The notes beneath the pieces are model-generated. The model saw only the letters and a list, made by a program, of their open reading frames with translations, made no database searches and was not told the DNA's origin. DNA of 64,000 nt from Candidatus Nomurabacteria bacterium (GTDB taxonomy: Bacteria; Patescibacteriota; Minisyncoccia; Phycocordibacterales; UBA918). Numbering within the stretch: the stretch's first letter is position 1; the number at the start of each line of letters is the position of its first letter. Made by a program: the position numbers and the translations under genes. The stretch is taken from NCBI GenBank assembly GCA_020632075.1, contig JACKGH010000002.1, positions 75,454-139,453 of the forward strand. Reading direction: 5' to 3'. Positions 1-9,352 of the stretch are shown piece after piece.

Positions 1-477
1 AGACCGTCTTGTAGTCTGCAGTGTCTGCTGTACCTCCCGCGTACCCATTCACCGCGTCTACCACCCCCGGTTCTTCCTGGAAGAAGGCTTCAGTACACCA
101 GAAGCATCCACCAGCCAAGACCACCGTCTCACGCTGCCCAGAATCGACAGCTACTGACGCTGTTGCTGCTGGAGTCGTCCCTACCGCAGTCACTTCGGTC
201 GTTGGACTCATCGAACTGCCAGCACCCTCCTCCTGTGCACTGTCAGCGATCGCATCAGCTGACATGTTCTCATTATCTGAAACTGCCATCTCATCTTCAG
301 ATGACATTTCACTCATATCTCCGACACTCTCCTCACTGGTCGACACCAGCTCGGTCACCGGAGGAACCTCACTCACACCATGATCTTTCGTGACCATATA
401 TGCACCAGCACCCAAAGTAGCCAGAGCCAGAACAGCCAGTACGATGATCGTTACACTGCCTTTATTACCAATTTTCA
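1..477 (-). CDS. msrA: peptide methionine sulfoxide reductase MsrA, N-terminal part (C-terminus lies beyond the window start); membrane-anchored with an acidic linker
   Basis: Minus-strand ATG at 477..475. Hand translation stays open to position 1: MKIGNKGSVTIIVLAVLALATLG...VVLAGGCFWCTEAFFQEEPGVVDAVNGYAGG, which is the MsrA GCFWC active-site block. It is missing from the ORF track because it runs off the window edge. Confidence 0.7.
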
Positions 478-573
478 TATGTAAAGTATACTATACATTT
501 ACAGATGACTACAAGTAGCTGTAGACAAGAACTTCACATAGCAAAAAACCAGCTGAAGCTGGTGATTTATGCT

Positions 574-592
574 GCTGCCGGACTAGGGCTCG
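574..592 (-). repeat. 19-nt duplicate of the tRNA-Gln 3' end (T-loop/acceptor part)
   Basis: gctgccggactagggctcg is identical to 773..791 of the intact gene. Confidence 0.6.
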
Positions 593-734
593 GTCACGAG
601 TCACTAAGTATATTATTTCGCTACGCTCATAATCTACTAAGTGCTCGCGACCCCGGCTCGCTGGTTCGTCGCGGCGGGCCAAAGCCGCTCCTCACATCGC
701 TGCGCCTTTCTCGCCCTATTTTCGGCCCCACTGA

Positions 735-770
735 GCACAGAAAAGCAGGCAAAAGCCTGCTTTTCTGTGC
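735..770 (-). terminator. hairpin immediately 3' of tRNA-Gln
   Basis: Perfect palindrome gcacagaaaagcaggc/gcctgcttttctgtgc abutting the tRNA 3' end. Confidence 0.5.
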
Positions 771-844
771 TGGCTGCCGGACTAGGGCTCGAACCTAGAT
801 ACCCAGGACCAAAACCTGGTGTCCTACCATTAGACGATCCGGCA
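771..844 (-). tRNA. tRNA-Gln(TTG), CCA encoded
   Basis: Reverse complement folds as a cloverleaf: acceptor TGCCGGA/TCCGGCA, D-loop TCTAATGGTA, anticodon stem CCAGG/CCTGG, loop TTTTGGT (anticodon TTG), T-arm GGTTCGAGCC, discriminator G plus CCA. Confidence 0.8.
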
Positions 845-975
845 GTGTATTTGATTGTTGTTGCTTCGATGAAGCATTGCAGGCAGTCAGATGCTTGCGT
901 CAGATTTTCTTCTTGGATGGAAGAAAATCAGACGTACTCAGAAATTATACTCGCTACGCTCGGTAATTTCTGGCA

Positions 976-1025
976 ACCATTAGACGATCCGGCAGTGTAT
1001 TTGATTATTGTCGCTTCGGTGAAGC
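976..1025 (-). repeat. About 50-nt duplicate of tRNA-Gln nt 1-19 plus its 5' flank
   Basis: accattagacgatccggca plus gtgtatttgatt... matches 826..875 at about 90 % identity. After tRNA position 19 the sequence is unrelated. Confidence 0.6.
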
Positions 1026-1116
1026 TTTATTGAATGGCGCGCGGGCGTAGCCCGCGCGCCAGATACAGTAGCACATTTTGATTACTTTTTCAGCCCAGCA
1101 TTGCTACAATAGCTCT

Positions 1117-1425
1117 ATGACCACCTACCACAAATTGGTCCGTGATCGCATCCCGGAAATACTCGATAAAAAGGGTGTTCGCTATGCGCAGTACATTGCC
1201 GACGACGCTGAGTATCGCGCCGAACTCATCAAAAAACTCCTTGAAGAGGCCGAGGAATTTGTAAGCAGCGACGGCGCTATCGAGGAGCTGGCCGACGTGC
1301 TTGAGGTCATTGACGCCCTCCGCACACTCCCTGAATACACAGGCGTCGAAGAGGCACAAATAAAAAAGCGCACCGAACGTGGTGGCTTTAGTAAGCGATA
1401 CATTTTGAAAGGAGAGAAACCTTAG
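1117..1425 (+). CDS. MazG-like all-alpha NTP pyrophosphohydrolase family protein
   Basis: MTTYHKLVRDRIPEIL...EELADVLEVIDAL, the YHKLVRDRIPE signature of MazG-like house-cleaning NTPases. The start was chosen at an internal Met of ORF 1078..1425. Confidence 0.6.
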   Translation: MTTYHKLVRDRIPEILDKKGVRYAQYIADDAEYRAELIKKLLEEAEEFVSSDGAIEELADVLEVIDALRTLPEYTGVEEAQIKKRTERGGFSKRYILKGEKP

Positions 1426-1859
1426 CGAGCGAGAAACTGATCAAGATAGATCGTAGAGAGAATACCAGCCGTCACCAAGAGACCACCAACCACATTCCCT
1501 ACTGTTGGCTTTTCACCAAGGAAGACAAACGCCAAGATGATCGTGAGAGCGATACTAAGCTTATCGATCGGTGCTACGCGTGCCACTTCGCCGAGCTGCA
1601 ATGCTTTGTAGTAGAAGAGCCATGACGCACCGGTCGCCAGCGCCGAGAGCACCAAGAAGGTCATGGTGTAGCGTGATATCTCAAAGATCTCACGTGCGTT
1701 CCCCTGGAAGAGCACAATTCCCCACGCCATAACCACAATGATCACCGTACGAATCGCTACCGCTAAATTGCTATTTACTCCTTCAATACCGATCTTTCCA
1801 AAGATCGCCACGAGTGACGCAAAGAAAGCCGATAGAAGTGCGTATGCTGCCCAAGTCAT
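1422..1859 (-). CDS. small DMT/EamA-family membrane transporter
   Basis: 145 aa with four predicted TM helices and an EamA-like GEKPT...GG pattern. Confidence 0.55.
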   Translation of the reverse strand: MTWAAYALLSAFFASLVAIFGKIGIEGVNSNLAVAIRTVIIVVMAWGIVLFQGNAREIFEISRYTMTFLVLSALATGASWLFYYKALQLGEVARVAPIDKLSIALTIILAFVFLGEKPTVGNVVGGLLVTAGILSTIYLDQFLAR

Positions 1860-1876
1860 GCCCGCTAGTATACTGC

Positions 1877-2407
1877 CTACGCTTCGAGTAAGCTAGCTAG
1901 TTTCCGCACTGTATTGATATTGCGCGCCGTCATATTTTTGTAGAGCTCGGTACCAATAAAGTCATTCATCCCGCTTTTGTTATAGTCTTTTCGGTCAATA
2001 TGCCAAATGATCGACTTGGCTTCATACAGTAGCTCATCCACACCATCAGTGATCTTGAGCAGTTCAATACTCTTTTTTGAATCGTAGCCTGGCCAAAGAA
2101 AAAGTACGTCTGTCTTTTGGCCAGCACTATTCTCCCACGCTGCTGGAACTGCCTCTACGATCTTTAGAATATCCTTCTTTTCTCGCACCAACGTGCGTAC
2201 AAAAAACCCAAAGGTCTTTTCGATCTCTGTCTCGATTGAAGTTACATCCACAACCTCGGCGGCGCTAAAAAGCACATTACCTGAATTGATGTACGTGGAC
2301 ACATCACCAAAACCCATGTCTTCAAACATGACTTTAAGCTTTTTCATCTCGACTTTGTTGTTGCCGCCGACATTAATCCCGCGGAGGAGGGCTACGTATC
2401 GTTTCAT
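1877..2407 (-). CDS. DUF1697 family protein
   Basis: N-terminal YVALLRGINVGGNNKVEM signature. Confidence 0.6.
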   Translation of the reverse strand: MKRYVALLRGINVGGNNKVEMKKLKVMFEDMGFGDVSTYINSGNVLFSAAEVVDVTSIETEIEKTFGFFVRTLVREKKDILKIVEAVPAAWENSAGQKTDVLFLWPGYDSKKSIELLKITDGVDELLYEAKSIIWHIDRKDYNKSGMNDFIGTELYKNMTARNINTVRKLASLLEA

Positions 2408-2442
2408 AGTGACAGTGTAGCAGAAGAATAGAAAGGGGCGCG

Positions 2443-2462
2443 GGCTTCGCCCGCCCCCCTTT
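2443..2462 (-). terminator. intrinsic terminator of pyrG
   Basis: gcgggcTTCGgcccgc hairpin followed by a T-rich run on the minus strand. Confidence 0.5.
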
Positions 2463-2469
2463 CTATTCC

Positions 2470-4143
2470 CTAGTGCGTCTCGTACGCCGCTTTCACAAAC
2501 GCAGTGAAAAGCGGATGTGGTGCGAGCGGTCGCGCTTGAAGCTCCGGATGGAACTGTACTCCCATAAAAAATGGATGCTCGTGTGCTGGTAGCTCAGCGA
2601 TTTCCATGAGTGTGCCATCTGGAGAGGTGCCTGAGAACCGAAGCCCAGCCGCTTCGAGCTGTGCAATGTATTCTGGATTCACTTCATAGCGATGACGGTG
2701 TCGCTCGAGCGTCTCTTTGCTCTTGTATGCTTTTGCTGCCAGTGAACCAGCTTTCAGTTCGGCAGGATACTGCCCGAGTCGCATTGTGCCTCCCATCTCA
2801 TTCTTCGCGATCTTCTCACGCTGGTCCGGCATCACGCCGATCACCAAATGCTCAGCCTTTGGATCGATCTCTTCGGTACTCGAATTCTTGAGGCGAAGCA
2901 CATTGCGTGCATACTCAAGTACCATCAGCTGCATGCCGTAGCAGATCCCAAAATACGGAATCTTGTTTTTGCGCGCATATTCGATCACATTAAGTTTCCC
3001 ATCAATACCGGTCGTACCAAACCCACCCGGTACAAGAATTCCGTCGAACTTCTTTAGCTCCTTAAGCTTCTTCTTATCTGCAAAGTCTTGCGAACCAAGA
3101 TATGAGATCTCTGGCTTTAAGTTGAGCTTATAGGCTGAAAACTTGATCGCTTCAAGAACTGAAATGTACACATCCGACAACACAAAGTCTCCAGAATTAA
3201 AGTACTTTCCGACCACCGCGATCTTTACGGTGTCGTTCTGGTTTTTTGACCGTCGAACGAACTGCTTCCAAGCTTTTAGATCAGCCGGCTTGCGCACCGG
3301 AAGTCCAAGCAAATGACTCAAGCGGAGCGACAACTGATCTTCTTCGTAGTTCACCGGAATATCATAAATACTCTCAAGGTCAGGCGAGGAGATCACATTC
3401 TCCACTTTCACATTACAAAACTTTGCGATCTTTTCCTTACGCTTCTGATCGACACCTTGCGGGCTACGGCAGATGATCATATCCGCGAAGACCCCTGCAC
3501 TGTTAAGCATCCGTACGGCAGTCTGAGTAGGCTTGGTTTTCATTTCACCGATCGAGCCTGGTACTGGCAAGTAGCTCACCATCACCACCGCCACATTCTC
3601 CGGCTCTTCAGTCTTCATCATACGGATCGCTTCAAGAAAGAGAACGTTCTGATACTCACCGACTGTTCCGCCAACCTCGATAAGGACCACATCGGCGGCC
3701 GCTTCGTGGCCCGCTCGCTTGATGCGACTGATGGCTTCAAGTGGAATATCTGGCACCACCTCCACGTTGCGGCCGCCGTATTCAAGATTGCGCTCTTTTT
3801 GAATGACCGACTGGTACACACTACCGGTCGTCATGTAGTTGATACTAGGCAGATCGGTATTGAGAAAACGCTCATAGTTACCCATGTCCTGGTCGGTCTC
3901 AAGACCATCTTTAAGCACGAACACTTCACCGTGTTCGGTTGGGTTCATAGTTCCCGCATCGACATTGATGTACGGGTCGATCTTTATTGCGGTCACTTTA
4001 TTACCACGTGCCTGTAGTAGATTAGCGATCGAAGAAGAAGCAACTCCCTTCCCCACACCACTCATGACACCACCGACCACAAAAATGTACTTCGCAGCCG
4101 ACTTCTTTACAGTCGTCTTAGTTGTTCGTTTTGTCATAGGCAC
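2470..4143 (-). CDS. pyrG: CTP synthase
   Basis: KYIFVVGGVMSGVGKG N-terminus and the GICYGMQ glutamine-amidotransferase motif, 557 aa. Confidence 0.9.
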   Translation of the reverse strand: MPMTKRTTKTTVKKSAAKYIFVVGGVMSGVGKGVASSSIANLLQARGNKVTAIKIDPYINVDAGTMNPTEHGEVFVLKDGLETDQDMGNYERFLNTDLPSINYMTTGSVYQSVIQKERNLEYGGRNVEVVPDIPLEAISRIKRAGHEAAADVVLIEVGGTVGEYQNVLFLEAIRMMKTEEPENVAVVMVSYLPVPGSIGEMKTKPTQTAVRMLNSAGVFADMIICRSPQGVDQKRKEKIAKFCNVKVENVISSPDLESIYDIPVNYEEDQLSLRLSHLLGLPVRKPADLKAWKQFVRRSKNQNDTVKIAVVGKYFNSGDFVLSDVYISVLEAIKFSAYKLNLKPEISYLGSQDFADKKKLKELKKFDGILVPGGFGTTGIDGKLNVIEYARKNKIPYFGICYGMQLMVLEYARNVLRLKNSSTEEIDPKAEHLVIGVMPDQREKIAKNEMGGTMRLGQYPAELKAGSLAAKAYKSKETLERHRHRYEVNPEYIAQLEAAGLRFSGTSPDGTLMEIAELPAHEHPFFMGVQFHPELQARPLAPHPLFTAFVKAAYETH

Positions 4144-4152
4144 AGGAAAAAG

Positions 4153-5076
4153 TTAGGTTCGTAAATAACGTGCTACCGCGAGTGTACTTGAGACCAGACC
4201 AAGCACGACGCCGATACCAACGAGCACACCAAAAATCTCACCAAAATTGATCATGTAGTAGTTGTAGAGGTTGAAACCATCAAAAAATCGTTCTGTCTTT
4301 GGTCCCAACCAAACCAAGAGTGGATAGAAGAGTAGTAAGGAAAGAACACCTGATACAAACCCATACATAATACCCTGAAGCATGAATGGGCCACGAATGA
4401 ACATGTTCCCGGCACCCACCAGTCGCATAATAGCGATCTCTTCACGAGAGGTATAGATCGCCAAACGGATCGTATTAAATGTGATCAGCACAGCTGCTGC
4501 AAGCAATACACCCATAACGATCAGACTCGCTTGTCTGGTTGTGTTGATAAAGGTAGTAAGTGAATCGATAGACTCTTTGTTCTTAGCGTAGTTGATCTCA
4601 TCGATCACTGGCACTTGTGGCTGCGCCTGCTCACGCTGCTCCTCAAGGAAGCGAGCAACGTTCTCGTACTGTGAAGTCTCTTTGGCCTGGATCGCGATCG
4701 TAGCTCCGAGTGGGTTTTCGTCAAGTTCTTCCAGTGCCTGCATCGCAACCGTGTCGTTCATGTTCTCTTCACGATATCTCGCAAGCGCGTCTTCGCGTGA
4801 GGTGTAGCCAACCGAAGAGACATCAGGTAGTGCCTCTACTGCAGTTCGAATACGATCGATCTCTTCCTGCGGTGCATCTGGCACGAAGTACACATTGATA
4901 TCAACCTTCGACTGAAGAATATCAAGCGACGTCTGTAAAAGCTGGCTAAGGAACATTGTTGCACCGATCACAAAGAGACCAATGGTCAATACAAAAATAG
5001 AGGCCAATGACACGTAGGCATTGCGCCAAAAACCAACAAACCCTGCTTTTACTACTCTACGGACTCCAGTGATCAT
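4153..5076 (-). CDS. ftsX: cell-division ABC permease FtsX
   Basis: FtsX-type four-TM topology, immediately downstream of ftsE. Confidence 0.8.
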   Translation of the reverse strand: MITGVRRVVKAGFVGFWRNAYVSLASIFVLTIGLFVIGATMFLSQLLQTSLDILQSKVDINVYFVPDAPQEEIDRIRTAVEALPDVSSVGYTSREDALARYREENMNDTVAMQALEELDENPLGATIAIQAKETSQYENVARFLEEQREQAQPQVPVIDEINYAKNKESIDSLTTFINTTRQASLIVMGVLLAAAVLITFNTIRLAIYTSREEIAIMRLVGAGNMFIRGPFMLQGIMYGFVSGVLSLLLFYPLLVWLGPKTERFFDGFNLYNYYMINFGEIFGVLVGIGVVLGLVSSTLAVARYLRT

Positions 5077-5083
5077 ATGCTAA

Positions 5084-5767
5084 TTATAAAACGTACTTAC
5101 CAGTTGCGTCATCACGCACAATGCGACCGCCGTCCATAGTAATAACCCGTCGTTCGATCTCGTCGATCACACCCTTGTTGTGTGTGGTCATAATGACGGT
5201 CGTACCAAGATCATTGATCTTGCGGAGGATCTGGACTACTTCATAGGTAGCGATCGGGTCAAGGTTGCCGGTTGGCTCATCAGCAATGATGATATCTGGT
5301 TGATTGACGATCGCACGAGCGATCGCAACACGCTGCTTCTCACCCCCAGAAAGCTCATGCGGGAAGTTCCATGCTTTATCCTCCAAGTCTACAAGTGCCA
5401 GTGCTTGCGGCACATTTTCGGCGATCTCGATGTCACTGCGTCCATTAGCTTCCATCGCAAACGCGACGTTTTCATACGCAGTCTTGTGTGGCAGCAACTT
5501 GAAGTCCTGAAAGACCGTACCAATCTTACGGCGGTAGTGCGGCAACTTGGTCTTCGGGATACGATGCACATCGAGTGACTCAAAGAAGACCTGTCCATGA
5601 GACGGTCGATCTTCCGCAATGATCATCTTAAGGAGGGTTGTCTTGCCTGCACCGGAGTGACCGACAATTGAGACGAATTCTTTAGGTTCTACTTGAAACG
5701 TAACCTCTTGGAGCGCGGCACTACGACCGTCGTTATACACCTTTGAAACGTTATCAAAGTAGATCAT
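5084..5767 (-). CDS. ftsE: cell-division ATP-binding protein FtsE
   Basis: Walker A GHSGAGKTTLLK, signature LSGGEKQRVAIARA, 227 aa. Confidence 0.85.
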   Translation of the reverse strand: MIYFDNVSKVYNDGRSAALQEVTFQVEPKEFVSIVGHSGAGKTTLLKMIIAEDRPSHGQVFFESLDVHRIPKTKLPHYRRKIGTVFQDFKLLPHKTAYENVAFAMEANGRSDIEIAENVPQALALVDLEDKAWNFPHELSGGEKQRVAIARAIVNQPDIIIADEPTGNLDPIATYEVVQILRKINDLGTTVIMTTHNKGVIDEIERRVITMDGGRIVRDDATGKYVL

Positions 5768-5918
5768 ACACTTTGTTTCTTACTTCTATCTTCACTCGTT
5801 CGGTCATGTAAATGCTTTACAGCATTTACGCGACTCTCACTCATTCGATAGTAAATCATATCGGGGACAGTATACCATGGTAGAGCAAAGCTCAAAACTA
5901 TACTATTAGACCGCTACA

Positions 5919-6803
5919 TTACTCGGTCTTTGCCGCAGCAGCAGCCTCAATAAATGGCTCAATATCACCAGCTAAGACTGCTTCAACATTGCGAACTTCC
6001 AGGTTAAAACGATGATCTTTTACGAGTTGATACGGATGTAACACATACGAGCGAATCTGACTTCCCCACTCGATCTTAAGACTCTTTTCAACCGACAAAC
6101 CTTGCAGTTCACGACGGCGCTGCTCTTCTTCAAAGGCATAGATCTTACCTGCCAACAGCGCGAGGCCTTTTTCGCGATTCTGCTGCTGCGACCGCTCGGA
6201 AGAAATATTGACTGAGATGTTGGTCGGCTTATGGACGATCCGTACTGCTGTCTCGCGCTTGTTTACATTTTGTCCACCCGCGCCACCAGAACGCGCGAAA
6301 GAGATCTCAAGATCTTCCTCTTTGAGCTCCACGGCGCTCACGTCTTCAAGTCGCGGAGACACTTCCACCAATACGAACGAGGTCTGGCGTTTGCCATTAC
6401 TATTAAACGGTGAGATGCGCACCAAGCGGTGTACACCCGACTCGTACTGAAGTGCACCATAGGCGCCCTTCCCTTGCACTTCAAAAGTAATATTTCGATA
6501 GCCATTATGATCATTGGCGTTGCTATCGATCACCATCACATTCCAATTCTTCCCCTCAGCATAGCGCTGATACATCTCGACCAGCATGCGTGCAAAATCT
6601 TCAGCGTCGTCACCCCCAGCGCCCGCCACGATCGTAAAGACTGCGTCACTACGGTCATACTTCCCTTTTCCGTCAGCCGCATCCTTGAGTTCCTGAAGTT
6701 CCTTGATCATCGCCTGTGCTGCCGCGGGGTCATTCCAAAAAGTCGGCTCGAGCATCGCCGCCTCGATCTCTTGTATTCGTGCTTGGGTTTGTTCGTTATT
6801 CAT
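5919..6803 (-). CDS. prfB: peptide chain release factor 2
   Basis: SPF tripeptide and GGQ motif ([18 protein letters not shown]). Start taken at [14 protein letters not shown] (ATG 6803..6801). The longer ORF up to 6947 would overlap the upstream gene by 150 nt. Confidence 0.8.
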   Translation of the reverse strand: MNNEQTQARIQEIEAAMLEPTFWNDPAAAQAMIKELQELKDAADGKGKYDRSDAVFTIVAGAGGDDAEDFARMLVEMYQRYAEGKNWNVMVIDSNANDHNGYRNITFEVQGKGAYGALQYESGVHRLVRISPFNSNGKRQTSFVLVEVSPRLEDVSAVELKEEDLEISFARSGGAGGQNVNKRETAVRIVHKPTNISVNISSERSQQQNREKGLALLAGKIYAFEEEQRRRELQGLSVEKSLKIEWGSQIRSYVLHPYQLVKDHRFNLEVRNVEAVLAGDIEPFIEAAAAAKTE

Positions 6804-7290
6804 TTGGATGAAATTGGTGTCCGAGCGGAAGTGGCTCTTGTGCGACCGCCATGAGCCACTGCTTGCACGTACCCCATTTGCGGCACAACCAACGATCAAA
6901 GAATTCCTCTCGATCGTATACTTGATCTGGCCCATTCCACGGGTCATGGATGATCAACGTCTCGTCATCTATAGACACTACCACACCGTAGTGGTCTTCG
7001 TCTTCATCTGGCTCAATAAAACGAACGATCGGAGGGATCGAGAGACTGATGAGATACTGTAGTTCTTCTAGAGTTGAGCCATTGTTCACATAACAATGAA
7101 ATCCAAGTGCAGTAGCAAGTTGCTGCATACGATCCTTACGGGTGCCCGAATCGTCGTTAGTACCAAGTGCCTCAGCAAGCGCAGCTTCTGACGCACGCTT
7201 GCCATAGTACGCAAACACCATCTGCAGCGAGGTCGGGCCACAGGTGTATTCTTTGTCTTGTTTAAAAAATGGCACATCTAGTTTTGACAT
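6796..7290 (-). CDS. stand-alone papain-like cysteine peptidase, Peptidase_C39-like
   Basis: [16 protein letters not shown] catalytic-Cys block with downstream His/Asp. Start taken at [11 protein letters not shown]. Confidence 0.5.
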   Translation of the reverse strand: MSKLDVPFFKQDKEYTCGPTSLQMVFAYYGKRASEAALAEALGTNDDSGTRKDRMQQLATALGFHCYVNNGSTLEELQYLISLSIPPIVRFIEPDEDEDHYGVVVSIDDETLIIHDPWNGPDQVYDREEFFDRWLCRKWGTCKQWLMAVAQEPLPLGHQFHPNE

Positions 7291-7320
7291 GCCGAAGAGT
7301 ATAGCAGGAAAATAAAAAAT

Positions 7321-7348
7321 GGGCGCGGTCCTGGCGGACCGCGCCCCT
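7321..7348 (-). terminator. intrinsic terminator of the GNAT gene
   Basis: gggcgcggtcc/ggaccgcgccc hairpin with a T-run on the minus strand. Confidence 0.55.
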
Positions 7349-7349
7349 G

Positions 7350-7874
7350 TTATACATCGAGCACCCACACCACAGTCTCATCGCCGCTCTCCTTTGTGCG
7401 TGGCCGAAACCCCATTCTGGCATAGAAACCAGCGTTGTCTTTCTTGGGGCTATTGCTCAACTCAAAGCGAAACTGCTCATAGGTCTCTGCCCATCGATCG
7501 AGTGCTGCCACCTGCAACGAGCGCAATACTTCAGAGGCAAAGCCCATGCGATGATGAGATGCGAGCGTCACGACATTGTTGATATACACATGTGCTCGCG
7601 GGAACGTCGTTGCAAGCGACGCTTGCGCTGTACTCACAATACGACGTCCGTAGAGCAGAAACACAATGATCTCAGAGTCAGACACTAAGCGAGCGGGGAG
7701 TTGCAGCGGCACGGCGCTAGATGCTTCACCGTGTAGTTGAGTCATCAGGGAACGATACTGTTCCTCGACCACTTCATCTGGCAACACATTGTACACTTCC
7801 CGAGAAATCAGGACCTGCACTTCATTACCTTGAATGTTCACAGTACCGTCTCCTAAAGAAAACTGCCAGTACAA
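7350..7874 (-). CDS. GNAT family N-acetyltransferase
   Basis: C-terminal RMGFASEVL...NAGFYARMGF acetyl-CoA-binding pattern. Confidence 0.6.
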   Translation of the reverse strand: MYWQFSLGDGTVNIQGNEVQVLISREVYNVLPDEVVEEQYRSLMTQLHGEASSAVPLQLPARLVSDSEIIVFLLYGRRIVSTAQASLATTFPRAHVYINNVVTLASHHRMGFASEVLRSLQVAALDRWAETYEQFRFELSNSPKKDNAGFYARMGFRPRTKESGDETVVWVLDV

Positions 7875-7901
7875 TAGTCCAACTTGTACATAAATACAAG
7901 A

Positions 7902-7930
7902 CAGCGGCGCCCGCTACGCGGGCGCCGCTG
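7902..7930 (-). terminator. hairpin 3' of tRNA-Thr(GGT)
   Basis: cagcggcgcccgc TAC gcgggcgccgctg followed by a T-rich run. Confidence 0.5.
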
Positions 7931-7940
7931 TCTTTGTTGA

Positions 7941-8012
7941 GCCAATGTCCAGGATTGAACTGGAGACCTCATCCTTACCATGGATGCGCTCTACCGACTG
8001 AGCTACATTGGC
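7941..8012 (-). tRNA. tRNA-Thr(GGT)
   Basis: Reverse complement GCCAATGTAGCTCAGTCGGTAGAGCGCATCCATGGTAAGGATG... Anticodon loop ATGGTAA, T-arm TCCAGTTCAATCCTGGA. No CCA encoded. Confidence 0.8.
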
Positions 8013-8216
8013 GAGTGAGTGACAAAGCGAGTTTACTCGCTTTGGATTTCTGAGAAAAATACAATGTCAGAGCTTGCTCGGACAGTGATTTTTTTCGAAG
8101 AAATCAAATGTGTTGACACATTTTGTTCGAACGAAGGCAATGTATGATTCTCATACATTGGCAACTTTCGTGCGGGTAGCATACCAAATCATTTCAGATA
8201 TCGCCACTTTTTTTGA

Positions 8217-8288
8217 GCCATCTCCGAGGATTGAACTCGGGACCTTAGCGTTACGAATGCTACGCTCTACCAACTGAGCTAAGATGGC
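8217..8288 (-). tRNA. tRNA-Thr(CGT)
   Basis: Reverse complement GCCATCTTAGCTCAGTTGGTAGAGCGTAGCATTCGTAACGCTA... Anticodon loop TTCGTAA. No CCA encoded. Confidence 0.8.
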
Positions 8289-8376
8289 ATGACCAATATT
8301 GTAGACAAAAGTAAATCGCAATTCAAATGAACGTATCAATCATGCCTCACAAATAAACAAAAACCGCTGATGCAAA

Positions 8377-8628
8377 TCAACGGTTGTTTTTTGCTCGAAT
8401 GAGTAGTGGCTGTACTCTAAGCAGTAAAAAAGCAAAGAGTCTTTGAACGATTTTTGTATACTTCTCAATACGTTTAACACCTTCTGCATTTTTAGCCACT
8501 CCCTCGAAATTCAATTTGGCTATCAACCGTACATACTTTGCTATTGTAACAGTCAAAACAAAAGCCACTAACTCAACAAGCACATATGCGACAACTAGTA
8601 GCATAACTATGATTAATACCATTTCCAC
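8377..8628 (-). CDS. small hypothetical membrane protein (83 aa), AT-rich islet between tRNAs
   Basis: GTG start 6 nt after an AAAGGAG SD. One TM helix plus a basic amphipathic tail. Local GC about 37 %. Confidence 0.4.
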   Translation of the reverse strand: MEMVLIIVMLLVVAYVLVELVAFVLTVTIAKYVRLIAKLNFEGVAKNAEGVKRIEKYTKIVQRLFAFLLLRVQPLLIRAKNNR

Positions 8629-8719
8629 AAAACACTCCTTTCGTTTGTGTGTAAATCCTCTTTAAAACTACTTGAATTTGGTGAGGTGTCAACAATTTTC
8701 TAAATACCAACTAAACAGC

Positions 8720-8748
8720 TTGTAAAAATGTAAAAAACCAGATATACT
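8720..8748 (+). promoter_or_regulatory. sigma70-like promoter for tRNA-Asp
   Basis: TTGTAA-N17-TATACT, ending 11 nt before the tRNA 5' end. Confidence 0.5.
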
Positions 8749-8759
8749 CTTGCCACTTT

Positions 8760-8836
8760 GCGCTGGTAGCTCAACTGGTTAGAGCACCCGCCTGTCACGC
8801 GGGAGGTTGCGGGTTCGAGTCCCGTCTGGCGCGCCA
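8760..8836 (+). tRNA. tRNA-Asp(GTC), CCA encoded
   Basis: GCGCTGGTAGCTCAACTGGTTAGAGCACCCGCCTGTCACGCGGG... Anticodon loop CTGTCAC, T-arm GCGGGTTCGAGTCCCGT, then GCCA. Confidence 0.85.
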
Positions 8837-9021
8837 CAAAGTAAAACACCGACTGTTTGTCGGTGTTTTACTTTGTCAGCGACAGAAGCTGGCAAACTGC
8901 TTTGCCAGCGTCGGGGGCGAGAAAGTCGGAACGATGTGAGGAAGAATGACGAACGAGTGAGGCGGGGTCGCGAAAAATTTTCGGAGAAAATTTATTTGTG
9001 ACCGAGTCCCGTCTGGCGCGC
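8837..9021 (+). repeat. conserved tRNA-downstream structured element, copy A, ending in a 19-nt direct repeat of the tRNA-Asp 3' end (9003..9021)
   Basis: Two hairpins, then a block cgatgtgagga..gacgaac..g.gg.ggggtcgcg.aaaa-hairpin-tgtgaccgagtcccgtctggcgcgc. About 85 % identical to 39170..39300, with compensatory changes in the aattttc/gaaaatt stem. Confidence 0.5.
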
Positions 9022-9034
9022 AGGAAGAGCAAAA

Positions 9035-9061
9035 GGCCGGCCCCTTCGGGGCCGGCCTTTT
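9035..9061 (+). terminator. bidirectional intrinsic terminator
   Basis: ggccggcccc TTCG gggccggcc plus tttt. Confidence 0.6.
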
Positions 9062-9132
9062 GTGTTCTTATCTTCTCGCTCACCACTCCATAAAAACAAA
9101 ACTCCCACGAGGAGAGTTTTGTGAAATATCTG

Positions 9133-9206
9133 TGTCGACGGGAGGAATCGAACCTCCGACCTTGGGTTTATGAGTCCCACGCTCTAACCGTCTGAGCTAC
9201 GCCGAC
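9133..9206 (-). tRNA. tRNA-Met(CAT), subtype uncertain
   Basis: Reverse complement GTCGGCGTAGCTCAGACGGTTAGAGCGTGGGACTCATAAACCCAAGGTCGGAGGTTCGATTCCTCC... The GGG/CCC anticodon stem and AAGGTCG variable loop are initiator-like, but G1-C72 is paired. Confidence 0.75.
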
Positions 9207-9352
9207 AAGTGAGAAGTAGAATAGCAAAGTCTACTTGGATATTCTAGCTTCGAACGCAGTCGGGGCAAGCTTTGCTTACAACGACATGCACGAAACAGTG
9301 GCGCTAGAGTACACTATTTCCCTGCTTCCTTCAACAGTTTTATCCATTCGCA

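Noticed and set aside
21-393. Plus-strand ORFs 21..383 and 163..393
   Set aside because: They lie antisense to the MsrA reading frame, which carries the GCFWC catalytic motif. They are low-complexity Ser/Thr/Pro translations with no RBS.
505-1033. ORFs 505..798 and 641..1033
   Set aside because: They span the tRNA-Gln gene and its duplicated fragments and the palindromic terminator. They are reading-frame artefacts of structured RNA sequence.
3313-4156. Plus-strand ORFs inside pyrG (for example 3313..4017, 234 aa)
   Set aside because: They are antisense to a well-supported CTP synthase and their translations are His/Arg-rich nonsense.
5919-6947. Long prfB ORF start at 6947, and a possible programmed +1 frameshift
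   Set aside because: The upstream 48 codons overlap the C39-like peptidase gene by 150 nt and encode junk. MNNEQ at 6803 is the natural start. The reading frame is continuous, so no frameshift site is needed here (noted as an absence, not an anomaly).
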